A stretch of 64,000 nt of DNA from Bacteroidales bacterium (GCA_963664245.1 OY760934.1:2412998-2476997), one strand, 5' to 3'. Positions 47,830 to 58,058 are shown, numbered from the stretch's first letter. The notes: generated from the letters alone by a model not told the origin. Numbers and translations are program-made.

Positions 47830-50800
47830 CTATATTATCCCTTTTATCTTTGCTTTTGTCAGGTAGGCTATATGGTACATCGTTGGTACAATAACCAGTG
47901 TCAGGAAAGTGGCAAAGGTTAATCCAAAAATAACGGTCCAGGACAGTGGTCCCCAGAAAAGAATCATATCTCCACCAATAGAAAACTGTGGATCAAATTC
48001 AGTTAAAAACGTTTTAAAATTAATATTTAAACCAATGGCCATGGGGATTAAACCGAGAATAGTTGTAATGGCTGTTAATAAAACAGGGCGTAACCTGGTT
48101 TTTCCTCCTTCAACAATACAATCAATTGAATGTTGAACCGTCATGATTGCTTTTTCTTCCATTTTCAGCTCGACCCGTTTTCTGCGTTTTAACAAATCGA
48201 TGTAGTCTACCAGCACAATCGCATTATTAACAACAACGCCGGCCAGCGATACAATCCCTATCCCTGTCATAATAACCACAATATCCATATTAAACGTGGC
48301 GATACCTCCCAATACACCAATCGTGCTAAACAACACACTGGCAAGGATAATGACCGGGCGAACCACTGAGTTAAACTGCGAAACCAAAATGATAAGAATC
48401 AAAGCAAGGGCAATGGAAAATGCGGTTCCTAAAAATGCCATGGATTCAGCCTGATCTTCTTGTTCGCCGGTGAATGCATATTCGTAGCCCACGGGCATGT
48501 CAAAATATTGTAGGCGATCTTTTATAGCCTGATTAATTTCATTAGAATTATAACCTTCAATTACATTTGAATAGAGGGTTACCGTCCGATCCATATCTCT
48601 GCGTTTAACAGCTCCGTAAGTGGTACTGTAATCGACCGAAACAAGCGAAGCAATCGGGATTTCAATGAAGGTCCCTTTTTGGTTTTGGAAAATCATTTTC
48701 TGGTTTAAAAGCGAAGGGACATCATAGCGGTATTTGTCCATCATTCGTAATTGAATAGGATATTCTTCTTCCCCTTCTTTATAATCCGATATTTCTTTTC
48801 CGAACAATGCTGTTCGAATTGTCATTGCAATTTGAGCGGTTGAAAGGTCGAATCGGCGTGCTTTTTCCCGGTCAATGTGGATCAGCATTTCGGGTTTCCC
48901 TACATCCAGATCAATCTTAAAGCCTTCAATCCCTTCAATTTGGGCGTCCTGGATAAATGTTTGCATGGTATCGCTTAAAGCAATCAGGCGGTTAAAGTCT
49001 TTTCCACGGATCTCGATATTAACAGCTTTCCCGGTAGGAGGCCCCATGCTGTTTTTTTCTACAGAAATTTGTGCCCCCGGGTATTTCCCGATAATTTTTG
49101 AACTGAGATACTGCATCACTTCGGAAGTGTTAACCCCTTCTCTTTCTTCGTAATCAACAAAAGTTACGGTAATCCTTCCTTTGTGCGGGGTTTCTCCAAC
49201 GGCAAAATAATCACTTTCACTGTTTGAACCCGTTCCAACATTAGTTAATACTGATTCAAGAATATGTTCGTAAGGCTTAAGCTCATTAACTACTTTGTCT
49301 TCGAGTTTTGCCATAAAAATATTGGTGGCCTCAATGTCTGTTCCAATAGGTAGTTCGGCTAAAATGTTAATGTATTTAGGTTCTCCATCAGGGAAATAAA
49401 GCATTTTGGGTTGCCTTATATCAAGCAGAATTTTTGTAAAGATTAAAAGCAAAAAGGTTCCTGCTATAAAGAAAAACGGATTGTATTTTCGTAATGCAAA
49501 TTGAAGAACTTTTAAATAAAAATTTTCAAGCATTAACAACCCTTTTGTTTGAAACCATTTGCTGATTCCTTTAAACAAATAAATATTAAAAAGCGTAATG
49601 AAGCATCCAATGATAATCAGATTCGCAATGACATAAATTTTTGCCAGATACATTAGAGCTGCAAAAACAATCAAAATTGAAACGATTGTCAGGATTCTTT
49701 TTTTATTGGTTGGTTTTTCGTCGGGAACCGGATTGAAGGTGGATGCGAAAACCGGAATGATTATGAGTGCGACAAATAAAGATGAAGATAGTACAATGAT
49801 CAGTGTTAGCGGCAAAAATTTCATAAATTCACCGGTAATCGAATCCCAGAAAACCAAGGGAAAAAAGGCCGCTAAGGTCGTCAGGGTAGAAGAAATAATG
49901 GGCATGGCGATTTCCCCCACGGCATTTTTTGCCGCACTGAACAAGTTATATCCTTTTTGGCGGAAGCGCACAATGTTTTCAACCACCACAATCGCATTGT
50001 CAACCAGCATTCCCAGCGCAAGGATCAAAGAGAAAAGGACCATCATATTGATTCGCATTCCGGTGAGTGAAATAATCACAAACGAAATGGCCATCGACAT
50101 CGGAATAGCAATCCCTACAAAAAGCGAGTTTCGCGTTCCTAAAAAGAAAAACAACACCACAATCACGAACAACATCCCCAGGAAAATACTGTTTTCCAAA
50201 TTGCTCAATTGCTTGCGAACCATATCTGAACCATCATTGGTAATGGAAATGTTCAGGTTTTGTGGTAAAAGATGGTTTTCTTTTATATTGTCCAGAATTT
50301 CAAAAATCTGGTCGGTGGTTGCCAGGATATTTTCGCCACTTTTTTTAATCACCTGAAGCGAAACTACGGGCTGTTTGTTTAAGCGGGCAAAACTATTGGG
50401 TTCGGCAAAACCGTCAATAACCTCGGCAACATCTTTTAAATAAACAATTTTTTGATCCTCGTTTTTAACAATGATGTCGCGGATTTGATCCATGTTGGTG
50501 AATTCTCCTTGAATCCGGATGGAACGACGGGTTTGTCCCAATTTTACCTCTCCGGCCGACATGGACAGGTTTTCGGAGGTAATGGCATTTTCAATATCGT
50601 TAAAACTTAATTGGTTTTCAGCCATTTTGTACATATCCATGTTGATTTTGATTTCCCGGTCGTTAATCCCGGTAATCTCCACCCTTGAAACTTCATAAAT
50701 GGTTTCAATCTCATCTTCCAAAAACTCAGCGTATTTTTTGAGTTCCATTAAACTATAATCTCCCGAAAGGTTAATATTGATAATCGGGAACTCCGACATT

Positions 50801-51237
50801 TCAATGTCTTCAACCACTGGATCATCGTCCAAGTTGTCAGGAAGTTCGGCTTTTGCTTTATCAACGGCATCTTTTACATCTGCTAGGGCTTCCGAAATTT
50901 TAACGTTGGGATTGAACTCGATAAATATAAGCGAGTAATCCTGGGCCGAAGTTGAGGTCATTTTTTTGATGCCTTTGATGGTCTCAATTTCTTTTTCGAG
51001 TGGCCGGCTAATCAGGTTTTCCATATCAATGGGAGCATTTCCGGGGTAAACCGTGGTTACCAAAATCCATGGAATGCTAATGTCTGGTTCTAATTCTTTC
51101 GGAAGTTTGCGGTAGGCTAAAAACCCCGCTACAGCCAAAGCTAGTGTAAGCAAAAAAACAGTGTTTTTATTTTTAAGAGCCATGGTTGTTAGCTTAAACT
51201 CCCTGACTACTTTATCAACAGTTTCTTTCATATTCAT
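47830..51237 (-). CDS. efflux RND transporter permease (AcrB/HAE-type) with extra central hydrophobic hairpin
   Basis: 1135-aa ORF with the typical RND duplicated architecture (TM1, large loop, TM2-6; TM7, large loop, TM8-12). Conserved GMLVDNAIVVVEN and GVVVNNAIVLVD blocks are present. Confidence 0.92.
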   Translation of the reverse strand: MNMKETVDKVVREFKLTTMALKNKNTVFLLTLALAVAGFLAYRKLPKELEPDISIPWILVTTVYPGNAPIDMENLISRPLEKEIETIKGIKKMTSTSAQDYSLIFIEFNPNVKISEALADVKDAVDKAKAELPDNLDDDPVVEDIEMSEFPIININLSGDYSLMELKKYAEFLEDEIETIYEVSRVEITGINDREIKINMDMYKMAENQLSFNDIENAITSENLSMSAGEVKLGQTRRSIRIQGEFTNMDQIRDIIVKNEDQKIVYLKDVAEVIDGFAEPNSFARLNKQPVVSLQVIKKSGENILATTDQIFEILDNIKENHLLPQNLNISITNDGSDMVRKQLSNLENSIFLGMLFVIVVLFFFLGTRNSLFVGIAIPMSMAISFVIISLTGMRINMMVLFSLILALGMLVDNAIVVVENIVRFRQKGYNLFSAAKNAVGEIAMPIISSTLTTLAAFFPLVFWDSITGEFMKFLPLTLIIVLSSSLFVALIIIPVFASTFNPVPDEKPTNKKRILTIVSILIVFAALMYLAKIYVIANLIIIGCFITLFNIYLFKGISKWFQTKGLLMLENFYLKVLQFALRKYNPFFFIAGTFLLLIFTKILLDIRQPKMLYFPDGEPKYINILAELPIGTDIEATNIFMAKLEDKVVNELKPYEHILESVLTNVGTGSNSESDYFAVGETPHKGRITVTFVDYEEREGVNTSEVMQYLSSKIIGKYPGAQISVEKNSMGPPTGKAVNIEIRGKDFNRLIALSDTMQTFIQDAQIEGIEGFKIDLDVGKPEMLIHIDREKARRFDLSTAQIAMTIRTALFGKEISDYKEGEEEYPIQLRMMDKYRYDVPSLLNQKMIFQNQKGTFIEIPIASLVSVDYSTTYGAVKRRDMDRTVTLYSNVIEGYNSNEINQAIKDRLQYFDMPVGYEYAFTGEQEDQAESMAFLGTAFSIALALILIILVSQFNSVVRPVIILASVLFSTIGVLGGIATFNMDIVVIMTGIGIVSLAGVVVNNAIVLVDYIDLLKRRKRVELKMEEKAIMTVQHSIDCIVEGGKTRLRPVLLTAITTILGLIPMAIGLNINFKTFLTEFDPQFSIGGDMILFWGPLSWTVIFGLTFATFLTLVIVPTMYHIAYLTKAKIKGII

Positions 51238-51259
51238 CTGTAAAATCTTAGCAGATTAA

Positions 51260-52390
51260 TTATTTTATTTTTATTTCCGTACCATCCGAAATTTGATTAT
51301 AGCCTTCGGTGATAACGTTTTCTCCTACAGCAAGACCTTTTGAAATCATGCTTTGGTCTTTAAACGCAATTTCCGATTCGACATATCTTTTTTGGGCAAT
51401 CCATTTTCCGTTAGCTTTTTGGGCAACATAAAGGAAAGAACCTTTCATGTCTTCTTTAATAATGATGGATGGTACAACCAATGCATTTTCATTGCTAAAA
51501 TCATTGATTTTAATAATGGCCAGTGCATTTGGTTTTAATGTTTCTTTGGGGTTCTTAATTTGAAGCTGGATACTTACACTCCGGTTTTGTGGGTGAATGA
51601 TGCTTCCAACCCTTGAAATAGGAATGTTCATGTTCATATCCGGGAAGGTTGGAAATTCAACCTCCACCTTATCCCCTTTCTTTAAAACAGGCAAATAAGT
51701 TTCGGCTACATCCGCATTGATAAATAGCTTCTGAAGATTAATCAGGTTCATTATGGGTAAACCGGGCGAAGCCAGTTCTCCTTCTTTTTGAATAATATCA
51801 TCAATGATGCCGTTAAAAGGAGCTTTAATATGAGCTAGTTCAAGCTGGGCTTCTAACGATTTTAGTTTATCTTCCAAACCTTCTTTGGCATTTTTGGCAT
51901 TCAGGTAATCCACCTCCGAACCAATTTTTTGATCCCAAAGGTTTTTTTGTTTTTTGTAAATAATTTCGGCATAACTCAGGCTGGTTTTTACCTCTTCGAT
52001 ATTTTTTTCGAGGGTGCTGGTGTTAAGCCTAACCAATATCTCCCCTTGTTTTACGCGCTGGCCTTCTTTCACATAAACCTTTTTAATTTGACCTGCTGTT
52101 TCAGGGCTGATAGCGGCTGAATTTTCAGCTTCAATGGTTCCACTAACGGTTATAAAATGTTTAAAAACTTCTGTTTGCAGGTTTTTTACTTTAACCGATG
52201 CTTTGAAAGCTTTGTTGGATTCCCCGTTGCTTTCTTTTTCAATTTCTTTTTCTAGTGCCGAGATTTTGTTTTGAACCTCGTTTAACTCTTTTTTTAGTTC
52301 TGAGAGCTGTTCTTTTTTTTCTTCAATACTGGGGGTTGAAGTACAGCTGATAAGAAATAGAACCAGTATAAAAAAACTTATTTTTTTCAT
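51260..52390 (-). CDS. efflux RND periplasmic adaptor (membrane fusion protein)
   Basis: 376-aa ORF with lipobox LISC, a coiled-coil hairpin, and barrel-sandwich/beta-barrel blocks (VSGTIEA, APFNGIIDD). Confidence 0.9.
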   Translation of the reverse strand: MKKISFFILVLFLISCTSTPSIEEKKEQLSELKKELNEVQNKISALEKEIEKESNGESNKAFKASVKVKNLQTEVFKHFITVSGTIEAENSAAISPETAGQIKKVYVKEGQRVKQGEILVRLNTSTLEKNIEEVKTSLSYAEIIYKKQKNLWDQKIGSEVDYLNAKNAKEGLEDKLKSLEAQLELAHIKAPFNGIIDDIIQKEGELASPGLPIMNLINLQKLFINADVAETYLPVLKKGDKVEVEFPTFPDMNMNIPISRVGSIIHPQNRSVSIQLQIKNPKETLKPNALAIIKINDFSNENALVVPSIIIKEDMKGSFLYVAQKANGKWIAQKRYVESEIAFKDQSMISKGLAVGENVITEGYNQISDGTEIKIK

Positions 52391-52396
52391 TTTATA

Positions 52397-53020
52397 TTAT
52401 TTAATATTTTCTAATTCGTTTTGTAAATATTGATACCCTTTTTCACTAACAATTCCGAATAAATGAAATTTGTAAAATTCCATGATAAACGTGTGGCTCT
52501 TAGTCTCCCGTATTGTTATTTTATTGTTTTCAATAATGGTGTCGGATAGTAAGATGATAATTTTTAACAAGCTATCCTGATCCATGTTTTTTCGGTATAA
52601 ACCTTCTTCAATTCCTTTTTTCAGATTTGATTTATAAAAAGCAAGTAGTTTTTCTGTGCGTTTTTCTTTGAAGTTTTTATAAACAGACGGATAAAACTTT
52701 TGCAAATCAAAAATCATATTTGCCGGATGCGATTTGTAAAGTTTGTTGAAAAATTCAGCCATGACTAAGAGTTCATCAATCGCATTAAAATTAGGTTTAA
52801 GTAAATTGTTTACGAGCTTAATATTGGTGTTGAAATTATATGTTACAACTTTATACACTAAATCTTCTTTATCTTTTACAAACCGGTAAAGGGTTTTTTT
52901 TGAGATTCCCAGGTTTGTTGAAATATCATCCATCGAAACACTTCTGATGCCATAGGTGCTGAAAAGCTCCCTGGATTTCAAAATGATTTTCTCTTCGTCT
53001 TTGTTTAAGTTGTTAAACAT
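52397..53020 (-). CDS. TetR/AcrR-family regulator (internal to the efflux operon)
   Basis: 207-aa ORF with HTH (GIRSVSMDDISTNLGISKKTLYRFVKDKEDLV). It is a paralog of the regulator at 54470, sharing FDLQK(F/Y)YP and L.KGI.(E/Q)G(L/M)YR blocks. Confidence 0.88.
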   Translation of the reverse strand: MFNNLNKDEEKIILKSRELFSTYGIRSVSMDDISTNLGISKKTLYRFVKDKEDLVYKVVTYNFNTNIKLVNNLLKPNFNAIDELLVMAEFFNKLYKSHPANMIFDLQKFYPSVYKNFKEKRTEKLLAFYKSNLKKGIEEGLYRKNMDQDSLLKIIILLSDTIIENNKITIRETKSHTFIMEFYKFHLFGIVSEKGYQYLQNELENIK

Positions 53021-53030
53021 GTTTTAAAGT

Positions 53031-54461
53031 TTATTTAAATAGTTTTTCGAGAGCCAGTTTAGCATTGACCAAATCAACGATTGAAGAAATGTAATTTCCT
53101 TCCGATTCCAAATACTGGTTATACATTTGGAGCAATTCAGTATTTGAAGAAACACCTTCCTTGTATTTTACCTGTGTTTTATCATAAATACGTTTGGCCA
53201 GTTTAGCGGCGTTTTCTTTGTTTTTGTGAATAGATAAGGCATTGGTAAAATTGGTTTTGATGTTATCTTCTTCCGTATTTAAATTGTTTTGTAATTGAAA
53301 CTGGAGTTCTTCTATTTTCCGTAATTCCAATCTTGCTTGTTTAACTTTCGAACTTCTTGAAAAACTACTAAAGATCGGGATATCCATTTGAATTGCAACT
53401 AATGATGAAGATAACCAGGGGTCACTATTAAGGAAATTATACTTTTCTCTTTGTGCATCGGCTTGTACTGTAAATGCTGCTGATAATACAGGTAAAACGG
53501 CTGCTTGTTCGTTTCTTAGATTTAGAAATGATAATTCTTTTTGATTCTCCAGAATTTTATAATCAATGTGATTTTTGAAGATAAAATCAGAAGTTAACAA
53601 CCTTGGGTTTTTAATATTAGTTAGCAGGGTTTCTAATTCATCCGTTAATTGAATTTGCGTATTAATATCAATACCTAGCAATACTTTTAGGTAAGACTTG
53701 GTAAGCTTTATTTGTTGTGAAACAAAAATTAAATTTGTTTCCAAATCAGCAATCATAAGGCCAATTTGATCTACCTCGGTATCTTCAATAAAACCTTGTT
53801 CCTGAATTTTCTTGGTGTCTTCATACAGGTCTTTTAGGCTATTTAAGGTATTGTTTAAAATAGTCTTATTTTGAGCTGTTACTAAGGCTAAAAAATATGC
53901 TTGTGTAATTGATTCTTCAAAGTCAATACGGGTTTTAATCGATTGTATTTTTGATTGTTCCAAATAAGCTTTAGCTGCTCTTAATCCAACCAAATATGAT
54001 CCATTAAATATAAGTTGAGATACTGTAATTTGAGCCGTTGCATTAAATTTTCTGTATAAGCTAAACGGAAGATTTTCCAGCTCAATATCCTTTAATTCAG
54101 TATTAGGCTGAATATCAAAATACGTTTTATTAGTCTGAAATACCCATGGTGTGATAAAATCAGGCATTGGTATTGACGCAATTTCAATGTAATTAGTATT
54201 TGAAATTTTTCCATCAATTTGTGGTAACCCAATAGCAGTGGTTTCCATGATTTTTTTCCGGGCAATTTCAATATCGGTTTCGGCATTTTTTACATTCGCA
54301 TTATTCTGGAGCCCGTATTTAATGGCTTCTTCTAATGAGAAAGTAACTTTTTCTTGTGCAAGGATTAAGTAATTGCTCCCAACACAAAAAAGCAGGAATA
54401 GGATTAGTTTTTTTATTTTCATTGATAGGATTAGTTTTTTAATTTGAGGTTTAATATTCAA
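53031..54461 (-). CDS. TolC-family outer-membrane efflux protein
   Basis: 476-aa ORF with two OEP repeats. The start may instead be the Met at 54422 (MKIKKLILFLLF...). Confidence 0.88.
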   Translation of the reverse strand: MNIKPQIKKLILSMKIKKLILFLLFCVGSNYLILAQEKVTFSLEEAIKYGLQNNANVKNAETDIEIARKKIMETTAIGLPQIDGKISNTNYIEIASIPMPDFITPWVFQTNKTYFDIQPNTELKDIELENLPFSLYRKFNATAQITVSQLIFNGSYLVGLRAAKAYLEQSKIQSIKTRIDFEESITQAYFLALVTAQNKTILNNTLNSLKDLYEDTKKIQEQGFIEDTEVDQIGLMIADLETNLIFVSQQIKLTKSYLKVLLGIDINTQIQLTDELETLLTNIKNPRLLTSDFIFKNHIDYKILENQKELSFLNLRNEQAAVLPVLSAAFTVQADAQREKYNFLNSDPWLSSSLVAIQMDIPIFSSFSRSSKVKQARLELRKIEELQFQLQNNLNTEEDNIKTNFTNALSIHKNKENAAKLAKRIYDKTQVKYKEGVSSNTELLQMYNQYLESEGNYISSIVDLVNAKLALEKLFK

Positions 54462-54469
54462 TTTTTGGA

Positions 54470-55081
54470 TTAGTAATAGTTTCCTTTTTCTTTTTCGTAA
54501 TAAGCCATGCCTTCCGGGGTTGCAATTCCACGGATCAGGTAATCAATCATAAAGGCGAATAAAGTTTCGTCCGAAAATTGTTCTGGCGGGAACAAATCCG
54601 GCTTGTGCATGTCGTTTAACCGGGAAATGTACAAGCGGGAAACTAGTTCTATACTTAAATCTTCGCGGTACATGCCCTGGCTGATCCCTTTGGTAAGGTT
54701 GATCCTTATTTTTTCAAAGATATAGTCCTGACGCTCTTTAAAATGTTTATTGTAAAGATCGGGGTAATACTTTTGAAGATCGAATGTCATTGACGGGCTA
54801 ACATCTTTAAATCGTAATGTAATTTCTTTACTGACAATAAGCAGAATTTGAATAGCATTAACCCCCTCAAAGTCGTTTTCTTTAAAAATGTCTTGGAAGC
54901 TTACTCTTTCAAATTGCAGGATTTGCTCGATCAAATCGCTTTTGTTGTGAAAGTATTTTGAAAAAGCAGGTTTTGAGATGTTTAATTTACTGCAAATTTC
55001 GTCAATAGATAAGCTACGAACGTCTAAGGTAGAAGAAAGGTCACGAACTTTCTCCATGATTTCTTTATACTCTTGCTCCAT
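54470..55081 (-). CDS. TetR/AcrR-family regulator (first gene of the efflux operon)
   Basis: 203-aa ORF with HTH (DVRSLSIDEICSKLNISKPAFSKYFHNKSDLI). Confidence 0.88.
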   Translation of the reverse strand: MEQEYKEIMEKVRDLSSTLDVRSLSIDEICSKLNISKPAFSKYFHNKSDLIEQILQFERVSFQDIFKENDFEGVNAIQILLIVSKEITLRFKDVSPSMTFDLQKYYPDLYNKHFKERQDYIFEKIRINLTKGISQGMYREDLSIELVSRLYISRLNDMHKPDLFPPEQFSDETLFAFMIDYLIRGIATPEGMAYYEKEKGNYY

Positions 55082-55130
55082 AAATTAATTTTTTGGGATA
55101 AAACGGGGCAAAAGTAATACAATTTTTTAC

Positions 55131-55171
55131 ATGGAAACGAAAAAGATAATAAAAGTTTCCAAAGTTTCCAT
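55131..55171. promoter_or_regulatory. inverted/direct repeat set upstream of the efflux operon (ATGGAAAC ... GTTTCCA-aa-GTTTCCAT)
   Basis: ATGGAAAC (55131-38) is the exact reverse complement of GTTTCCAT (55164-71). A further direct GTTTCCA copy sits at 55155-61. The set lies 50-90 nt upstream of the first TetR start. Confidence 0.4.
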
Positions 55172-55191
55172 TAAAATTTTGTTAACCCAAA

Positions 55192-56487
55192 TTAGACTAT
55201 GTGGTTTAACTTGCCTTCGGAGTGTGCAACAATAGAACTAATGGTTGAATCGCCAGTAATGTTTACAACGGTTCTGAGCATATCTAAGGGTCTGTCAACT
55301 GCAAAAATTAATGCAATTCCTTCGGCCGGTAAACCAATCGATTCCAAAACAATAACCAGCATTACCATCCCGGCACCTGGAACAGCTGCTGAACCAATGG
55401 AAGCCAGTGTTGCCGTTAAAACAATGGTTAGTTGCATTGATAGGGTTAGTTCAAAACCAAAAGCATGGGCAATGAAAATGGCAGCAACAGCTTGGTATAA
55501 ACTGGTTCCATCCATGTTAATGGTAGCACCTAAGGGCAATACAAAACTTGACACTTCTTTTGAAACGCCTAGGTTTTTCTCTACGCACTCCATGGTAACG
55601 GGCAGGGTTGCTGCACTTGAGCTGGTAGAAAACGCCAATAATTGAGCTGGGAAAATTCCGGATAAAAATTTCAAGTATTTTACCTTAGCAAAGAAGTGGA
55701 TAAATATCGGGTAAATAAAAACAACAAGTATAAGCAAGCCTAAAATAACGGTTAAAGCATATAAACCTAAGGCTGCAAATAAATCAAGGGTATCGTCCAT
55801 TTTTTCGCCGGCTACATCCACAATTAATGAACCCAATAAGGCAAATACCCCATAAGGGGCCGCCCGCATTATAATCTCGATGATTTTTAATACAATTTCG
55901 TTTAAACTGTTTACCACATCTTTTACTGCTTTTATTTGATTTGTGGGTAGCATTACCATGGCAATGCCAAATAAAATGGCAAAGAAAATAACCTGTAACA
56001 TTTTCGAATTGTCGCTCATCGAACTAAATAAATTATCGGGAACGATATCTACAATTTTTTGAAGTGGTCCCTGCTTTTTTACCATTTCAGAATTTGCCCT
56101 GCTTTTTTCAATGTTAAACTGATACTTTTCCTGAAATGCTTCCCGCTTATTTTCAGGGAATAATTTCCCGGGCTGGGTTGCATTTACCAAAATCAATCCA
56201 ACCGAGATCGCAATTACGGTAGAAATAATATAAAGCGAAATAGATTTTAAGCCAATCCTGGAAAGTTTAGTGATGTCAGTAAGGTTTGATATTCCGTTAA
56301 TTAGCGAAACCAAAATTAAAGGAACGGCAATAAGTTTCAGTAAATTAATAAAAATAATTCCCCAAGGCTTAACCCAGTCGGTGGTAAATTCATTCCATCC
56401 GGCTTTAATCGAAATAAATCCCCAGGCAATGCCCAATACCATTCCAATTAAAATCTTCCAGTGTAAGGCTAATTTTTTCATAGTCAA
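55192..56487 (-). CDS. dicarboxylate/amino acid:cation symporter (DAACS/GltP family)
   Basis: 431-aa ORF with SSSAATLP, GATINMDGT and AVDR..DM.RT..NV.GD motifs of the SDF family. Confidence 0.9.
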   Translation of the reverse strand: MTMKKLALHWKILIGMVLGIAWGFISIKAGWNEFTTDWVKPWGIIFINLLKLIAVPLILVSLINGISNLTDITKLSRIGLKSISLYIISTVIAISVGLILVNATQPGKLFPENKREAFQEKYQFNIEKSRANSEMVKKQGPLQKIVDIVPDNLFSSMSDNSKMLQVIFFAILFGIAMVMLPTNQIKAVKDVVNSLNEIVLKIIEIIMRAAPYGVFALLGSLIVDVAGEKMDDTLDLFAALGLYALTVILGLLILVVFIYPIFIHFFAKVKYLKFLSGIFPAQLLAFSTSSSAATLPVTMECVEKNLGVSKEVSSFVLPLGATINMDGTSLYQAVAAIFIAHAFGFELTLSMQLTIVLTATLASIGSAAVPGAGMVMLVIVLESIGLPAEGIALIFAVDRPLDMLRTVVNITGDSTISSIVAHSEGKLNHIV

Positions 56488-56594
56488 AATTTAAGAAAAA
56501 CAAATGTAGAAAAAATGTTTGTATCTTAAAATCCGAATACTTCCTCTGCCTGGCATTTGTTTGTAATTTTACAGTCTAATCAAAACTCAGCGAT

Positions 56595-57653
56595 GTGGAA
56601 AATAAACAACGCCCAAAACGAATTGGAATCTTAACTGCAGGAGGAGATTGTCCTGGCTTGAATGCTGCTATCCGGGGAGTTGGTAAAACAGCTATTGTAA
56701 AATATGGGATGGAAGTAATTGGGATTTCATCAGGTTTCCTGGGCTTAATAAACAAAGACTATCGAACTTTTAGCGAACATCAGTTATCGGGCATTTTAAC
56801 TTTAGGTGGAACCGTTTTGGGAACCTCCCGCGAAAAACCCTTTAATAAAAAAGGGAAAACCGTAAATGTAATTAACAAGCCTAAACTGATAAAAAAGCAT
56901 TATGAAGAATTACAATTGGATTGTGTTGTATGTATAGGCGGAAACGGAACCCAGCGCAATGCGGCCCAGCTGGCCGACATGGGATTAAATGTTATAGGTA
57001 TTCCTAAGACCATTGATAATGATGTATGGGGAACCGACATCTCTTTTGGGTTTGATTCGGCGGTGGGTATTGCCACCGAAGCCATCGACCGTTTGCATTC
57101 CACGGCCAACTCCCATAAGCGAATCATGGTTATTGAATTAATGGGACACCACACCGGATGGTTAACCCTATATGCCGGTATTGCCGGTGGAGGTGATGTG
57201 ATTTTGATCCCGGAAATTGGCTATGATATTGATATTGTGACTAAGTATCTAAAAGACAGGGCCGAAAAGAAAAAATCATACTCCATTGTTGTAATCGCCG
57301 AAGGAATAGAAAAACCCCGAAATAAATCGGCGGCCAGTTATATTGCCAAACAAATTCAGGATAAAACCGGACTTGAAACCCGGGAAACAATTTTAGGCTA
57401 TATTCAGCGTGGGGGGAGCCCGACGCCCATGGATCGGATTTTAGCTACCCGTTATGGTGCTTACGCTGCCGAATTGATTTATAATGACACTTATGGGGTC
57501 ATGGTTAATAAAAGGGGTGAAGATATTTCGCATGTTTCATTAAGCGAAGTAAGCGGGAAAACCCGAACCGTTCCACCCGATCTTTCATTAATTACAAAGG
57601 CGAGGGGATTAGGTGTTTGTTTGGGCGATAAGTGTGTCCCTATTGCCGATTAA
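56595..57653 (+). CDS. pfkA: 6-phosphofructokinase family protein (phosphoryl donor not callable)
   Basis: 352-aa ORF with a GTG start. Motifs IGILTAGGDCPGLNAAIRG, IGGNGT, GIPKTIDNDV and MGHHTGW are present. Confidence 0.85.
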   Translation: MENKQRPKRIGILTAGGDCPGLNAAIRGVGKTAIVKYGMEVIGISSGFLGLINKDYRTFSEHQLSGILTLGGTVLGTSREKPFNKKGKTVNVINKPKLIKKHYEELQLDCVVCIGGNGTQRNAAQLADMGLNVIGIPKTIDNDVWGTDISFGFDSAVGIATEAIDRLHSTANSHKRIMVIELMGHHTGWLTLYAGIAGGGDVILIPEIGYDIDIVTKYLKDRAEKKKSYSIVVIAEGIEKPRNKSAASYIAKQIQDKTGLETRETILGYIQRGGSPTPMDRILATRYGAYAAELIYNDTYGVMVNKRGEDISHVSLSEVSGKTRTVPPDLSLITKARGLGVCLGDKCVPIAD

Positions 57654-57669
57654 AAAAGTACGCTTAATT

Positions 57670-58047
57670 TTACTGCACGGCAATACAGGAAATTTCAACG
57701 TCAACAGCTTTGGGTAAACCTGAAACATGAATCGCTTCGCGGGCTGGTGGATCAATCTTGAAATATTCACCGTAAACCTCGTTTATTTCGCCATAATGAG
57801 CCATGTCAGACATAAAAATGGAACATTTAACAATGTTAGAATAATCCATATTCGCTTCTTTTAGTATATGGCCGATGTTTTCCATGATGAGCCTGGTTTG
57901 TTCGGCTGGTGTTCCTTCTAATAATTTATTATCAAAAGGGTTGATGGCAATTTGCCCTGAAATATATAAATTCCCATTAGCCAAAACAGCCTGGCTGTAG
58001 GGTGCTAAAGGTTTGGGTGCATTTGATATGTTTACTGTTTTTTTCAT
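57670..58047 (-). CDS. ridA: RidA/YjgF-family reactive-intermediate deaminase
   Basis: 125-aa ORF with APYSQAV, LYISGQI and PAR..I.V..LP blocks. Confidence 0.9.
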   Translation of the reverse strand: MKKTVNISNAPKPLAPYSQAVLANGNLYISGQIAINPFDNKLLEGTPAEQTRLIMENIGHILKEANMDYSNIVKCSIFMSDMAHYGEINEVYGEYFKIDPPAREAIHVSGLPKAVDVEISCIAVQ

Positions 58048-58058
58048 GCTTCTGTTTT

